DNA from: Lama glama
Lineage: Eukaryota
Assembly: GCA_028534125.1 (NCBI GenBank)
Contig: CM052816.1
Coordinates: 27,096,001 to 27,160,000 of the forward strand
DNA length: 64,000 nucleotides
Direction: 5' to 3'
In this document: positions 49,506 through 62,632 of the stretch, one piece after another
How positions within the stretch are numbered: the stretch's first letter is position 1
How the letters are laid out: every line of letters starts with the position of its first letter
Notes under the pieces: model-generated
What the model was told of the DNA's origin: nothing
What the model saw: only the letters and a program-made list of their open reading frames with translations
Databases searched by the model: none
Made by a program: the position numbers and the translations under genes

Positions 49506-50871
49506 AACATAGATGCTGCAGGTTGGGGAAACCTGATTTACGCACTTGCCTTAATTTACAAGGCAAATCAGAAAGTCGAGAGGGACTGCTGAGAATCCTC
49601 AGTAGAACAGACTCCTGCCAATTCTGGATTTGCTCAGGGGCCTAAATGGCAACAGCAGGTGTCTATGGAAGGGAGAAGTTGCTGTGGGTTCTTTCTGTTT
49701 TTTACTTATAGGTTGCAAGATATGTGCAGATTTTTAAAAACACAGATTCTCTTAGACCAGAAATCAGAATATATAAGAGAATGTTCCTATTTATATAGCT
49801 TCGCACATAACTCCAATCATCAGCCAAATGACTCCAGTGAAGCCCTGTCTGCGTGGGGACAGCTGGAGCTGAAGCTTGGCCACTGTGCTGGGAAAGCAGG
49901 ATAGGGGCGAGAGAGTGAAGAGGAGCCTGATGTAGTTTTTATCTTGTGATTTTACTTTATGCACACTGCCATTTTGTGCTTGCAAAAGAATGACTAACAC
50001 TTGGACTTAATTGATTTTTAAGAATTACTATTTCCTGTTTTAGTTTCCTTTAGCCCTGGCTGGCATGTGTGCGCGAGCACGTGTGTGTGCATGTGTGCAT
50101 GTGTGCACGTGCATGCTATAACCTCACTTGTGCTCAATTTCAAGTCCTAGCAAAATGATATCAGAAGCTTCTCGTTTATAGCTTAAGTAAGCATTCTGAA
50201 AACTCAGAACTTACCTTGCCAGAACTCTTAAAGAAGAAATCACTGATCCAAAGAAGTCCAAGGCAAAAGCATGATGTGTCTTATTTGTTTCTTACCTGCT
50301 ATTTACTCCCACTTGGTCCAGAGAATGATTTCCTGGGTCATAATTGAGACCTAATTGAATAAAGAAAAAAAGCCCATTACTCTGAGAGAGCAGGTTATGT
50401 GACCTGAGGATAAGTCAGGATCCAGAAGGCACTTCCTCCAGACTTCTTCTTATGAAGCTGTTACTCAATTTTTCACATTAAAAGACATCCCCTAGGCAGA
50501 ATCAGCAAAGACAGGATAAGACGAAGAAAAATGACACTGCAGTTCTCCAAGAAAACAAAACCCATTTCCAAATGCTGCCCATCAGCTCAAGCCATTAATC
50601 TTCTCAATGCTTTCATGTCATCTTATTTTACTTCAATCAAAAATCCACCAGGCGGTGATATACCTTTCGAATGTCTGGACAGCACCGTAGATGCCATTGC
50701 TACTCAATGATTCTAAGCTTGGAGACTCTAAGTAAAACTGAAGGAAAAGGAAGTTCCAAAAGGGACTGGCGAATTAGGAGATATGTCACCAGATGCTTAT
50801 TGAAGCAAACAGAAATAGTAGAAAAAGTAGACAGAAGTTGAATTATTAGAAGATCAAGAGATCTATTATTT

Positions 50872-51089
50872 TCTTTTTCTTTTCTTTTGCATTTATTTGA
50901 TTATTTATTTTAACATTTTTATTGAGTAATAGTCATTTTACAATGTTGTGTCAAATTCCAGTGTAGAGCACAATTTTTCAGTTATACATGAGCATACATA
51001 TATTCATTGTCACCTTTTTTTCGCTGTGAGCTACCACAAGATCTTGTATATATTTCCCTGTGTTATACAGTACAATCTTGTTTATCTAT
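50872..51089 (-). mobile_element. Young L1 3' fragment
   Basis: Same subtype as 19882-20491 (tgtcaaattccagtg..gcacaatttttcag); imperfect TSD aagagatctattatttt / aagagatttgtatttt. Confidence 0.9.
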
Positions 51090-52260
51090 AAGAGATTTGT
51101 ATTTTTATCCAAAAATGTGATGTGTTTCAGCTATTATACTTCAGTGCTTCGGTTGGAATTCAGGTGAACACTATTTAAAATAAACAGGATATATAATATC
51201 TGTATTTATCCATCAAATAAACTGAAGAGAACCTCTGTTCTGCTTTCTCATCTTTAAAATGAGAACTCTAAGGGTAGTTTCAGGAATTAAGCTAGGTATA
51301 TATACCACTTAGCACATGCCTGGTTCAGAATAGGTGCTCAGTAATTGTTAGCTATTATCAAATATTTAAAAGGATTGCTTCAGTGCACAAAAATAATTAA
51401 CAAAAAATTAATTTAAACTGTGAACTTTCTCAGTATTATAAAGCATGCAAAAATTAGATATATTCTTAAACTTTTAGGATCTAGGGAGCTAAGTTGTAAA
51501 TTTGTAGATGGCTATTCATTCTTAACTCATATTTTGAGTACATGTTATTTTATGAAGTTTCTACTCAAAATTCATTATATCCACCTAATATAATGCCTTG
51601 TGAGTGAAAGAGATTAGTAAACTAAGACTAAAGATATAGTGGGATAAAAGCAAGAAAGAAGTATGGGTAAGAGGATCATTGAGAAGGGGCAACTTACTCA
51701 AATTTTTCTTGGAGGAGAGAAAATTTAGATCAGAAGTCTTGACAGGGAGAAAACTGTCAAGTTGAAGAATCAGCATGTGGAAAATGCAGAAGCAATAAAT
51801 GCACCATGCAATTCCAGGAGGCAAAGCTATTGAACATGGCGAAGGAAAGGCTGCGTGTCTGGTAACAATACAGAAGTAGGGAGCAGTGGGATTCCTGAAC
51901 CAAGTCAAGGCACTTGATGCCTTTAAATCACAAAAATAACATCTTCAACTTTGTATTTTAGTAAGATCACCATGGTGGCAGTATGGAGGATGGGTTAGTG
52001 GTGTCAGTCTCTGGTATAATGACCTAAAAATTATCTATCTGTGAAACGCTGTTCATCTGTATTGCAGCTCCATATAATATAATCAGAATGAAGGTTTCCA
52101 AGTTGATTCTTCAGCAGTATACCCAAGGACATCCAGATAACCTATCTCAATCTAGCTGTAGACAAAAACACGATCTCTGGGTGGGATTTTGAAAATATTC
52201 TCACCTGACAGCCTCTATTCTCTGAGAAGTGCACAGCAAGGAACTTTATTAAGAGTGAGG

Positions 52261-52385
52261 CGGAGGGGAGGGTATAGCTCAAGTGGTAGAGCGCATGCTT
52301 GACATGCATGAGGCCCCAGGTTCAATGCTCAGCACCTCCTCCAAATAGAAATAAATGAATAAACCCAATTTTTTTTTTCAAAAAA
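52261..52385 (+). mobile_element. Vic-1-type SINE with TSD
   Basis: ggggagggtatagctcaagtggtagagcgcatgc...ggttcaatgc; TSD aagagtgagg / aagagtgaag. Confidence 0.9.
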
Positions 52386-52633
52386 AGAGTGAAGCAGATA
52401 GAGTTGGATTCTTGTTTCAGGGCTTAAAAATCTGATGAGTTCACTGAATTAATCATATCAAGAAAGTGTGCTACTGTCCGTGGTAAAAGGATTATTTAAG
52501 ATTTCAGTGACCATTGCATCAGGGTTATTCTTGTCTTTTCAGAGCACCCTGAGGGGTTCCCAACTCTGAAGCCTCTAGACTGCACGACAATGAAAATACA
52601 AAGTGCCCCAGAAACCTATTCTTCACTTCAGTA

Positions 52634-52712
52634 TTAAGTTGAATCATACGAAATCACTGATTTTGTCAGATTTTTAACTTCAGAACTAGCAGTTTTATAT
52701 GGTTCAACCTAG
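52634..52712. mobile_element. MADE2-like mariner MITE (79 bp)
   Basis: TIRs ttaagttgaatcatacgaaat / gttttatatggttcaacctag, flanked by TA on both sides. Confidence 0.85.
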
Positions 52713-52862
52713 TAATGTTTTATATGTACTGAGAACCTCAAATATTTTGAAAAATGAATTGAAGCAAATTCACACCAAGAGATAGCTGCAGACAATTCAC
52801 TTGGCTAGAAAACGGGATTTCTGCATTTCCAGTGCCCCCTCTCATCCCGAGACTGCTGAAGA

Positions 52863-53373
52863 TGTGTCTACTGACAAAGATCGTCTCCCCAACCAAACTC
52901 TAATCAGGCTCCTCTGAGCTGGTTTTCAACTTGGCCTTAATTCTGGACTTCCATGTCTGTCTCAGCATTGTCCACTTTTAGCAAGACTCCTGCTAAATCA
53001 TTTTAGGAAGAATTTCAGCCCTTCAATATTTGATCCCCCGAGATGTGTGATTGGGTTCCTCTCCCCTCCACCATCTCCTCCCTGCCACGGAGGCGATGAC
53101 TGATCACCCTGGATTATCTTCAAGCAACAATCCCTCTAGGTGAATTTAGGCAGAATCCATCCTTACCCCTGATGTTTCCCCTGAGTAATTTTCCATCCTG
53201 CTCCTTAACTATAAATCCCCACTGTTCCTTGTTGTGTACAGAGTGAAACCCAAACTCTGTGTCCCACAGCGAGACCCCACTGCAGTGGTCCCTGCACCTA
53301 TGGCCATAACTCCTCTGAATAAAGTTTGCTTCCCCATTCTTTAACATGTGTCACAAGTAATTTTTCTTTAACA
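52863..53373 (+). mobile_element. MER39-like ERV1 solo LTR
   Basis: accaaactctaatcaggctcctctgagc; TATAAA ~53210; AATAAA ~53318; ends ttctttaaca. Confidence 0.75.
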
Positions 53374-54929
53374 TGGCTAACCACGAGGAAGGGCAAACCA
53401 GCCCAGCCAGAAGCTGCTGCCCTCGGTGAAAATCATGTTCCTGGTTAATTGCTCCCTGCTGTTGACTTTTACTACTAACACTCCTCAACTAACCGTAGAC
53501 TCAAAATTAACCTGCCTGCCTTTAGCTGGACTCTCCCAGGCCTGTGTGTAAGGCTCTAATTTCTGTCAAAATCAGGGCCAAATCCATTCTGCCTCTGATC
53601 TCGTTTCCACAGTCGACTGCACGCCTCTCAGGTCATCTGTCACTGACCATGCTCAACCTTCCACATGTCTGCCTGTCCTCTCCATAGACCCACATCTCTC
53701 CCCTCCTTCCCTTTCTACACCTTTCCAGGGTACTCCTGGGGGCTCCCTCTCAGATCAGCCACCTTCCACATGGATGCTCAAGGCAGTCTGAATCAGGATG
53801 TACATAGTTTAAGCAACCTCCCTGTGGCTGGAGTTCCAAGCTGTGTTTCCCAGCCCAGCTTTATCAGAAATTATTTTCATATTTGAGATCTATTTCAGCT
53901 CTGATGTCCCCCGTAGGGGAACAGTTAAGTCTGACACATCAGTGACTCCAACAAAAATGGACAACCATTAACATCCCCTCATTTCCTGCCATGTTCTATC
54001 CTAAAACCCCTAAGACTTCATTTCCCTTCTTGTTCTGCCTAAATAAAGTTCATGGTTCATCATTACACTAATTCTCTGGAAAATATTCTTGCCCCTTGCA
54101 TTAAAAATATAATTTGATCAAAATAATCAATTCATTATTATCAGCCTAAAGGAAGATTAAATCTAGGGATCTAATTTCTCCCCCATTTGAGGAGAAAAAT
54201 AGGCAGACAATCAGAGACACAAATGGTAGCTGAAAAGTAAATTTTTCTGCCAGAGTCTTGTATTTTTAGATAATATTCTCCATCTTCACACCATCTACTT
54301 AATGACGGGTGGTTTCACAATTTCCTGAGATATTGCCTTTCAGTTAAACACCAAGCCCCGCAGCCAAGCCTTACTTTCTTCTTTCCCAATGGTTTCTCCA
54401 CTTTCAAAGTAGGTTGTGGCTAAGTCAGGGATCACCTTCCAGAATGATGAGACAAGTAAGAGCACCACTTAAATTGGTTTGGGGCCCAAAGGTCTCAGTG
54501 TCTAGAGTGCCTCAAGGTTTCTGTGGTTGAAAATTATGCTCATTGCAAATCATTGCCAAGGTGTCAAATGAAAAATTCTAGGAAGCCCAAGGATTTCAGG
54601 GTACTGTATGGTTAGAGGGAATGGATCTGCCCATATTCTGGCCAAAGACTTTTCTCTGACGCTATCACAAAGCCAGTATGCCTTAAATGGATCCCTTTTA
54701 ATGATTAGCAAAATATTGGAGAAAAAGAATTGCCACAGGGGAGTAACTCTCTGCACCTCGCTCATACTTTGTCAGCTTCATAAAGAACTGGGCATTCTTT
54801 TGGGAACAATGTAGGGTAGGGAAAGCTGCAAATGGAAGGTGGATCATGTCATAGTTTATTTCCCTTCTTGGTCTTATTTCCACTCTACTGTTGGTCCTGG
54901 TACAGAATTTATGTAAGTAGAAATCTTAT

Positions 54930-55320
54930 CTATAGCAGAGAACACTAGCTGTTTATCAAAATTTATGTTCTTTTCTTTCCAACTAGAACCCACTTCCCAG
55001 ACTCTTCTGGAGTTGGGTGTGGCCATGGGCTTAAGGTCTAGACAGTCAAATCAGAGCACATACTGTGCTGTGTCTGGACCATGGTTTTCTAAGAAGAAAC
55101 TTTCTTAGAAAGAAAGCACTTTCTCCAGACGTTTTCCCTTTTCATTGGCTAGGTGGGCCTAAGGGGAAGGCAGAGCCACAGAAGGGAGTCCATGAACCCC
55201 TGTGTGCAGAAGAACCCCCATCAACCAGGAACACTTGGTTGGATTCTTCCATGCACAAGAGAGAAACTTCTATCATATTTATCCTTACACATTTCTGTCT
55301 CTGTGGCCTAGCTTATTCAA
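54930..55320 (+). mobile_element. MLT1 (MaLR) LTR
   Basis: cacttcccagactcttctggagttgggtgtggccatggg...aggcagagccacag...agagaaacttct. Confidence 0.7.
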
Positions 55321-55396
55321 TATGTTTACCAGATTCACTTAACTCCTTATAAAGGTTTAATGGAGATCTTGTATTTATTCAGGAATATTTTGTCCA

Positions 55397-56101
55397 CAAT
55401 TATCGAAAACAGTATGGAGATTACTTGTAAAACTAAAAATAGACTTGCCCTGTGATCCAGCATTCCCACTCCTGGGCATATATATGAAGGAAGCTCTAAT
55501 TCAAAAAGACATATGCACTCCAGTGTTCACAGAAACACTATTTACAACTGCCAAGACATGGAAACAACATAAATGTCCACCAACAGAAGACTGGATAAAG
55601 AAATTGTAATCAATCGCTCTAGCTATACAATGGAATACTACTCAGCCATAAAAAAGAATAAAATAATGCCATTTGCAGCAACATGGATGGATCTGGAGAT
55701 TGTCATTCTAAGTAAAGTAAGCCAGAAAGAGAAAGAAAAATACCATATGATATCACTTGTATGTGTAATCTAAAAAAATTACACAAATGAACTTATTTAC
55801 AAAACAGAAACAGACTCACAGATATAGAAAATAAACTTATGGTTACCAGAGGGGAAAGGGGTTGGGAAGGGATAAATTTGGAGTTTGAGATTTGCAAATA
55901 CTAACTACTGTATATAAAATAGCTAAACAACAAGTTTCTTCTGTATAGTGCAGGGAACTATATTCAATTATCTTGTAATAACCTATAATGAAAAAGAACA
56001 TGAAAAGGAATATATGTTGTATGTACCTGTATGACTGAAACATTACACTTTACACCAGAAACTGAGACACTGTAAACTGACTATACTTCAATAATAAAAA
56101 A
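55397..56101 (+). mobile_element. Lineage-specific L1 3' fragment with TSD
   Basis: ORF2 end [31 protein letters not shown] aggaatattttgtcca (55381-55396) / aagaatactttgtcca (56102-56117). Confidence 0.95.
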
Positions 56102-57326
56102 AAGAATACTTTGTCCAGCTTGAAAACAAAACCACTGGTCCATCTGTGCAGGGGAACTTTTCAAGATTCTGGTTCTTACCATTTTAGTGCTACCATGCAC
56201 AGTCTCATGGTGAATGATTTATTCCGTATAACTATGCTCATTTGAAAAGCTCAGATTTCACACTCAGCTTTATATTCCCTGTTTCAAGTGTTTAGTTGTT
56301 TCAGAATAACTGTTGCTGAACCTGTTTAGGTTCGTAGTAATCCAAACCTAGAAGGGAAGACATTTCGGTAACCACAGTACATATTATCTTTCATAGATAT
56401 GGCTCCTCAACCCAAACCAGAGTATGTGTAAAGCTCTGTTTTTTTGTCAATTGCTTAATTACCATGTTTCATTTGTCTTTGATTTGGTGAATTTTGAGGG
56501 ATGAGAGAAGGGAGGATATGAGGAGCTATAAAACCCAAAACAGGATCTTTTTTCAACTTGAAAGGGCATGGAAACTTCTTGCTATAACTTCATGGTAACA
56601 TTAGACCTTTTTGCTTAGAACATGGGCTAGGGTAATAATGTACTACCAACAACTACATCTGCCAAGCCCTTTATAGCTTTTCTGATTTTATTTAATCTTC
56701 ACAATCTGGGGAGATAGCAGGAAGGGAGCTTTGACTCTGGGATTCCACTTGAAGGAACTGAGATGCAGAGAAAATAAGTGATAAACCTGAGGCAGTGTGA
56801 CGATAACACAGATGGCCTATGTCCACTGTGTTCTTTTTTGTGTTATATGATACAGTGCTTCTCAGCCTCCAAGTGTACCATTCACATGTATGTCCTACGT
56901 TATCATTTTCTCTAAGATGGGGGGATCTGTATGAGCTGATTTCAAAGGTTCCTTCAGTTGATGTGTTTTATGACTGCATTCTGCTATCTGCTTTCCTATA
57001 AAAAAAGACTCTAGGTTTCCATACTGCTGAAGGCCTAGGGTTTTCTTTTCTGCTAATTCTGTCTTCACAATGTTGAAAAGGGTTCAAGTTTTATTTACTG
57101 AAGAGTCCCTTCTTCATTTCTCTTCACTCAACATTGATTTCATGCCCTTAAATACATTATGCTTGAAGCTGTGATTTTCCCCTGGAATCAAGCCAGGAAC
57201 GAAGTTAATCTCAGTCCATTACGCTTCTAATGCTTAGCTTCACCTCAGGATGTTTTCCAAAGTACTTAGAAGTCATTATTCCTTATAGGACCTAGCAGTT
57301 TACCAAGTTTCTACTTTGTTTAAAAT

Positions 57327-57458
57327 TAGTGTGACCATATAATTTATTATGTTAACCAGGATACTTTTAGTGGGAGAAGAGGCTCTATTAATAATTATGC
57401 TGGGACAACTGGCATTAACTGGGACTGTCCCAATCAAATAGGCACATATGTTCACCCA
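57327..57458. mobile_element. MER94-like hAT-Blackjack MITE
   Basis: tagtgtgaccatataatttatt ... gggactgtccc ... catatgttcaccc (inverted termini). Confidence 0.75.
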
Positions 57459-59308
57459 GTTAAAAGGCATCTCTTGGGGGAGGGGCAGGAGGGTGTGCTA
57501 TGGCTCTAATGCCTATCACCAGTCCTCTCCCTTGTTATCTTCTACTTTGGCATCTAGTTATTTTTTCTCATGTCTTTTATCAAAATATATAAGAACAACG
57601 TTTATTTACGTATATCTATATTCCTCACTAGACTTTTTGTTGCATAAGGCAGGAACTAACACCAACCACAGCACTTAACACATAGCGGGTGCTCAATAAA
57701 TGCTTGCTAGATGAAGGAATAAATAAATAGACAAACCTCCTACTCAAAGGCATCTGACTGATTATTCAGGAAGGTCTCAAAATAAGTAAGATTTTTGCAA
57801 AGAAAAGACAATGCCAGAGATTGGGCTACTTTGATAGATTTCATACCTAAATATAGCTGCTTTGTATTTTTAGTGTCTGGAGTAAAACCCACCATTTTCC
57901 TCAACAACGGTCAGCAGTAGGTTTTGTGCTGAGAAACATTTAAGTTCAGCGGCATTTCAAAATGTATTAATAGCAAATGTAAAGTGTAATGAAAATTTTT
58001 TTTCTCTTCAAGTGGAATGGGGCCAGAGTGGTTTCCTGGCTGCTCTGGGAGCTCCCCACCCCAAGGGGAGGGTCAGGCTTTGGGTGCAGAACAAAGGCTT
58101 CAGGGGCCATTCATCACCTGCGATGAGCAACAAAATTCTACCAGATCAATAAACTGCGAAAGTTTTAGAGGACTGACTCATATGACTCAAACTCACAAGA
58201 GCCCAATTAATGGACTGGGATGCCAACTGTAAACTTTACAAATAAAATTAGGCCAGGAGTACCAGAATACTCATGGGTACTGGTCAGCACAATCTCTCCC
58301 GTGGAGATGTGTGAATTGGTGCCCAAAGGCTGCTTAGGATTATAGACTCCAGGTAAGTAGTTGCAAGATCTTAATGCCACTGGAATCAAGCTTTGAGAGT
58401 GTGGAGTGCTCATACTCCAGGGATGTAAATAATGTCAGGGACTTGGAGAGCCAACTTGCAGAAATACTCATATCTGCTCTTTGCAGAACACTCCATACTA
58501 TACAAAGGCAGATAGCGTAAATTTTTCTAGTTTTAATATGTGATTTTAAATTGTATGTAATAACACACACAGTAAACTATGATGAGATTTTTTTTTAACA
58601 TTTTAAACAAGAGAGTAGGATCCAATAAGGGGAGAAAGAGTGGGGAGGACTTGAAGTTTGCATGGAAAATACAAATCTGTGAAAACCCATATGCTTGGCA
58701 GAGATGGGTTGTAAATTTGAGCCTGAGCTTTCCAGTAGCCAGGATAGAGAAAAGAAAACCAAAATTGATCAATTCTTTCTCTCCAGTTCCCATTTATCAT
58801 CTCCTCATGCCTGACATGTCACCAAATAACTAATTAAGTTATATCCTGGTTTCAGAGAGTGGATGGGATTGGAAGACTAGTTTTTCCAGGTACAGGTTTA
58901 CAAATCATCTCCTAGGGAAGGTACTTCTACATGTACATGACTTAATCCTTACTTCAGTTCAGTGGGTGTTTGTTTCTTACTATTTCCAAATTCTGTAAGA
59001 TTATTTCTAAACTTGGAAACAGAGCCCTCTGTACTGACTCTAATAAATTACTTAATAATAATTATAAAGACATGGTATATTCTTAGGTGAAGTATAAGCA
59101 TCTAAGCTTTCTGATATGTAAACCACAGATCTTTTTTTTAAGGAAGAAACACTTTTATCCCCCTACCAACTATAATTGAGGTAATACCCTGACTCATTCC
59201 TCTTTTGCATGGTGAGAAAGTGGAATTCTTTCCATGATGAGCCAGTTCCTTAGATTCCTTCTTAAAACATGATATGGAACATAGGATAAATATCACTTTA
59301 CTACAGGG

Positions 59309-59440
59309 TAGTGATTCTCAACTGCGGTCTTCCTCCTCTCTTCTCCCCATTTTGGAGCCAGATGAGATGCGCTGCTGTGATTTGGGCATGTGTCGTGTTC
59401 CTCAGGTGTGCTGAGGTTGTAACTTGGTTGAAAATCACTG
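59309..59440. mobile_element. Small hAT-Charlie-type MITE
   Basis: TIRs tagtgattctcaac / gttgaaaatcactg. Confidence 0.65.
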
Positions 59441-60412
59441 CCATAGACAACGTGATTTGGGTAAAGACTGACATTTTTAATAATGAAGTCACCTTAACTT
59501 GGCCATTCGCTGAGACTCAGGAATGTTTTTTGTTTTAGTAAGTTTATTCTTAGAACTGTGTTTGTGTTATAGTGATCTAAACTATGTTTTCGAAAAGAGA
59601 ATTACTAAAAGTTCACATTTGTCCAAACTTTAACATACTAAATTTCAAAGCTGTATATGTACAGATACAAAGAACGAAGGAAAGTCCAGCAGCAAAATAA
59701 AGAAAACTCTATGGCAAACACGTGTCAAATTTCCATAAGCTTCTACACCACTAGGAGTTTTCAATGGACATTCTTACTTAAATGGTATGGTTTCATTTGC
59801 AAATTCAGTGTAAAGAAGGTGAAATCTGTGTAGGAAGGAAAACAGGAAGGCACATAAACATACCTGAAAAACATAATAATATGTCACGCAGAAGGTGACA
59901 TATTGCTAACTTCCCCAGCCAAGGATGGAGAACAATCTTCATAATGTTCAGGGACTGCATTCAATTAGACATCAGATAATTCCATCCCTCATTAGAGATA
60001 ATCAGTGTCTAGAGATTAGATTGATAGGTGTTTCTAAAATTTTGGCTAGAGTTAAATAGAAGAAAGTACACTAGAATTATAGAAAAATAATGAAGAAATT
60101 ATTCAGCAAAAACATTCACAATCAGCTTACATGTAAAAACGCTACTCCCTCCTACCTCACTACAGGATCAGGTCTTATTTATAAGAATTTTTTTACTCTA
60201 AAACATACTGTGTCTGAGAGCAAAATGTAATGCAAAAGATCTTATTTATAAAAAATTTAACCAATGCATGGCCCCATAGAGATTTTTATTAGTTTAATAT
60301 TCTGATTTAGTAAATGATGACATTACAGCTTGTGAGGGATGGAGCATGAACTTCAAATCTCCAAAGCCTAAGCTCTAAACTCTTCTGTTATATGGCTACA
60401 ATAAATGCAGAA

Positions 60413-60468
60413 GTGTGTGTGTGTGTGTGTGTGTGTGTTGCGCGCGCGCGCGCGTGTGTGTATGTGTA
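60413..60468. repeat. (GT)n(GC)n(GT)n compound microsatellite
   Basis: (gt)13, t, g(cg)7, tgtgtg. Confidence 0.9.
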
Positions 60469-62226
60469 TTTTCCTAGGACTAGGGTCTTTGTTTTTTATC
60501 AGATTCTCACAGGGTTTGTAACTTTCAAAAGGGTAAGATTTATTGTTTTAATGGCTAATTTGGTAATTTGTATATAGCCACATGGTTAACAGGGTAAGAT
60601 TAGGACAAATATAATTAAAATTCAGAAGCTTAGCTTACTAGTAATAGAGGAAGATGTTTATTGTGTAAAAAAAGAAAACACAGCACAGACTTAGAAAATA
60701 TAAGTTAACAAGAAGTCCTTAGTAACAATCTTACTAAACCAAAACAAGAAATTAATAAGTGAGAATTAGTTGCAGAATTTCCAAGATTCAGAGTAAAGAA
60801 CTGTACGGATAAGTGACTACATATTGGTCAGATAACACAGTATCTCATAGTTTGGAGAGTTTCAGTTCATGACAATATTTAGCATTAGTCTTGTTTAGAT
60901 TGGGATTTGCACGCACCCTTATTGACATCTGGGTAGATATTAGGAAAATAAGGACCTCAGAATGCTGTCAAATTATTATCTATTCTATTCTCAGCTGAAA
61001 TTATTTGAAACTCAAAAATCTAAAAGTATTTATTGGTCTCTAATTTCTATACCCCATACAAGGACTAACATTTTCAGAACCATTTCCATAAGTGAAGAGT
61101 ACTGTGCTTTTCCTGTTCTGCATGTGTAGCATCTGACCTTGCTGATGAAATAAGCAACAGGAATTTGGTGTCATAGGAATGAGGCCTAGAATACGGATTA
61201 CCTATGTGTTTGATCTGTAGACTCACATCCGCCACTTGTGTTAATTTTAGACATAAGTAGGATTAATTAGATAGGAACTAAATGTGACTGGGCAATAAGT
61301 ACTGGTGATCTGCTCATATGACGAGATAGGGATAGAGTTGAAATTAGAATTCCGAATCTTGGCCCTTGTACTGGTTGTTCTTCCTCCTGGTGGCCGTGTT
61401 CCTGCTCATAGATACAAGGGGTTCCAGAGAGACTGTGCTACAGTTCACAGCAAAGAAAGGCAGCATGAAGTGGTCCTCTGATGGCTGATGGTCTGGGGCA
61501 AAACCCACAGCAATTTGTGAGGAACTCTGATACTGTATTAATTTGTCAGCAAATCACTTTTCTTAACTGAGACTTCTCTTTCTAGCTCCTAGAAATCTGA
61601 CTTGCTACATTCTTAGGGAGGGAAATGTGGACCTTCCAGGAGAATTTTTTTTTAAGGGCTGAGAAGTGCCACAGAAAATGTGATTTAAAGCAAAGAAGAA
61701 GGGGGAGAAATAGCACTTGTATGATTTTTATGTGTATGTTAAGCCTGTGTGTGAACTGTTTGGCTATAAAAATAAGCATGAGTACAATATATGAATGTAT
61801 AACCTTCTAAGTGATTATTTTTTTATTAAAGTTGAAGTCAACTTTTCATTCCAATTTTTTGAAGACTTTTTCATTTTATAGTTTGGATTCCAGCATTTCT
61901 GAAGCATTTATTTGTTCATTAGTTATCATAAAGGGAAGGTCAAAAATGATATTTAGCCAAACATCTGCTTTATTCAATATCTATATCTTTATTCAATATA
62001 AAAATATCTAGCATATTTTTAATAAGTATATGCAAGAGCTACAGATATACAGAGCAATAAACAAACTGAATGTTTCATCTCCAAAATTTTAAGCATACAC
62101 CCGTTTTCTTTGCTTTGGGCTGGGGTCACTCCTGACTTCAGTGAGAGTTATCCCGTTTTTCCTCTCTCAGGGCCATACAATAAGTAGGCTGTCAATACAA
62201 TTTATGCATAAATAAAGAAACAGGTG

Positions 62227-62480
62227 CTCCCCACCCTCTTTCCCCCCTGGTAACCATAAGTTTGTTTTCTATGTCTGTGAGTCTGTCTCTGTTTTGTAAA
62301 TAGGTTTATTTGTGTCTTTAAACATTTTTTTAAATAAATGGGGTGGTGAGGGGTAAATTGGGAGTTTGGAGTTTATAGATACAGCTGCTATATATAAAAT
62401 AGATGAACAACAAGGTCCTACAGTATAGCACAGGAAACTATACTCAATAACTTGTAATGGCCTATAATGAATATTCTTTT

Positions 62481-62525
<45 letters not shown>

Positions 62526-62632
62526 TTTTGGTGTAAAGCATAGTGATTCATATATATATATATATATGAATCACTATGCTTTACACCAAAAATTGATACA
62601 ACAGTGTAAACAGTCTATACTTCAATAAAAAA
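62227..62632 (+). mobile_element. L1 3' fragment with 5' inversion and rearranged 3'UTR
   Basis: 62227-62339 antisense L1 3'UTR; 62340-62632 sense L1 to poly(A); possible TSD aaacaggtg / aaaaaggtg. Confidence 0.9.

Noticed and set aside
59309..59440. Possible miRNA-like hairpin
   Set aside because: Pairing is limited to short termini and is explained by MITE TIRs.
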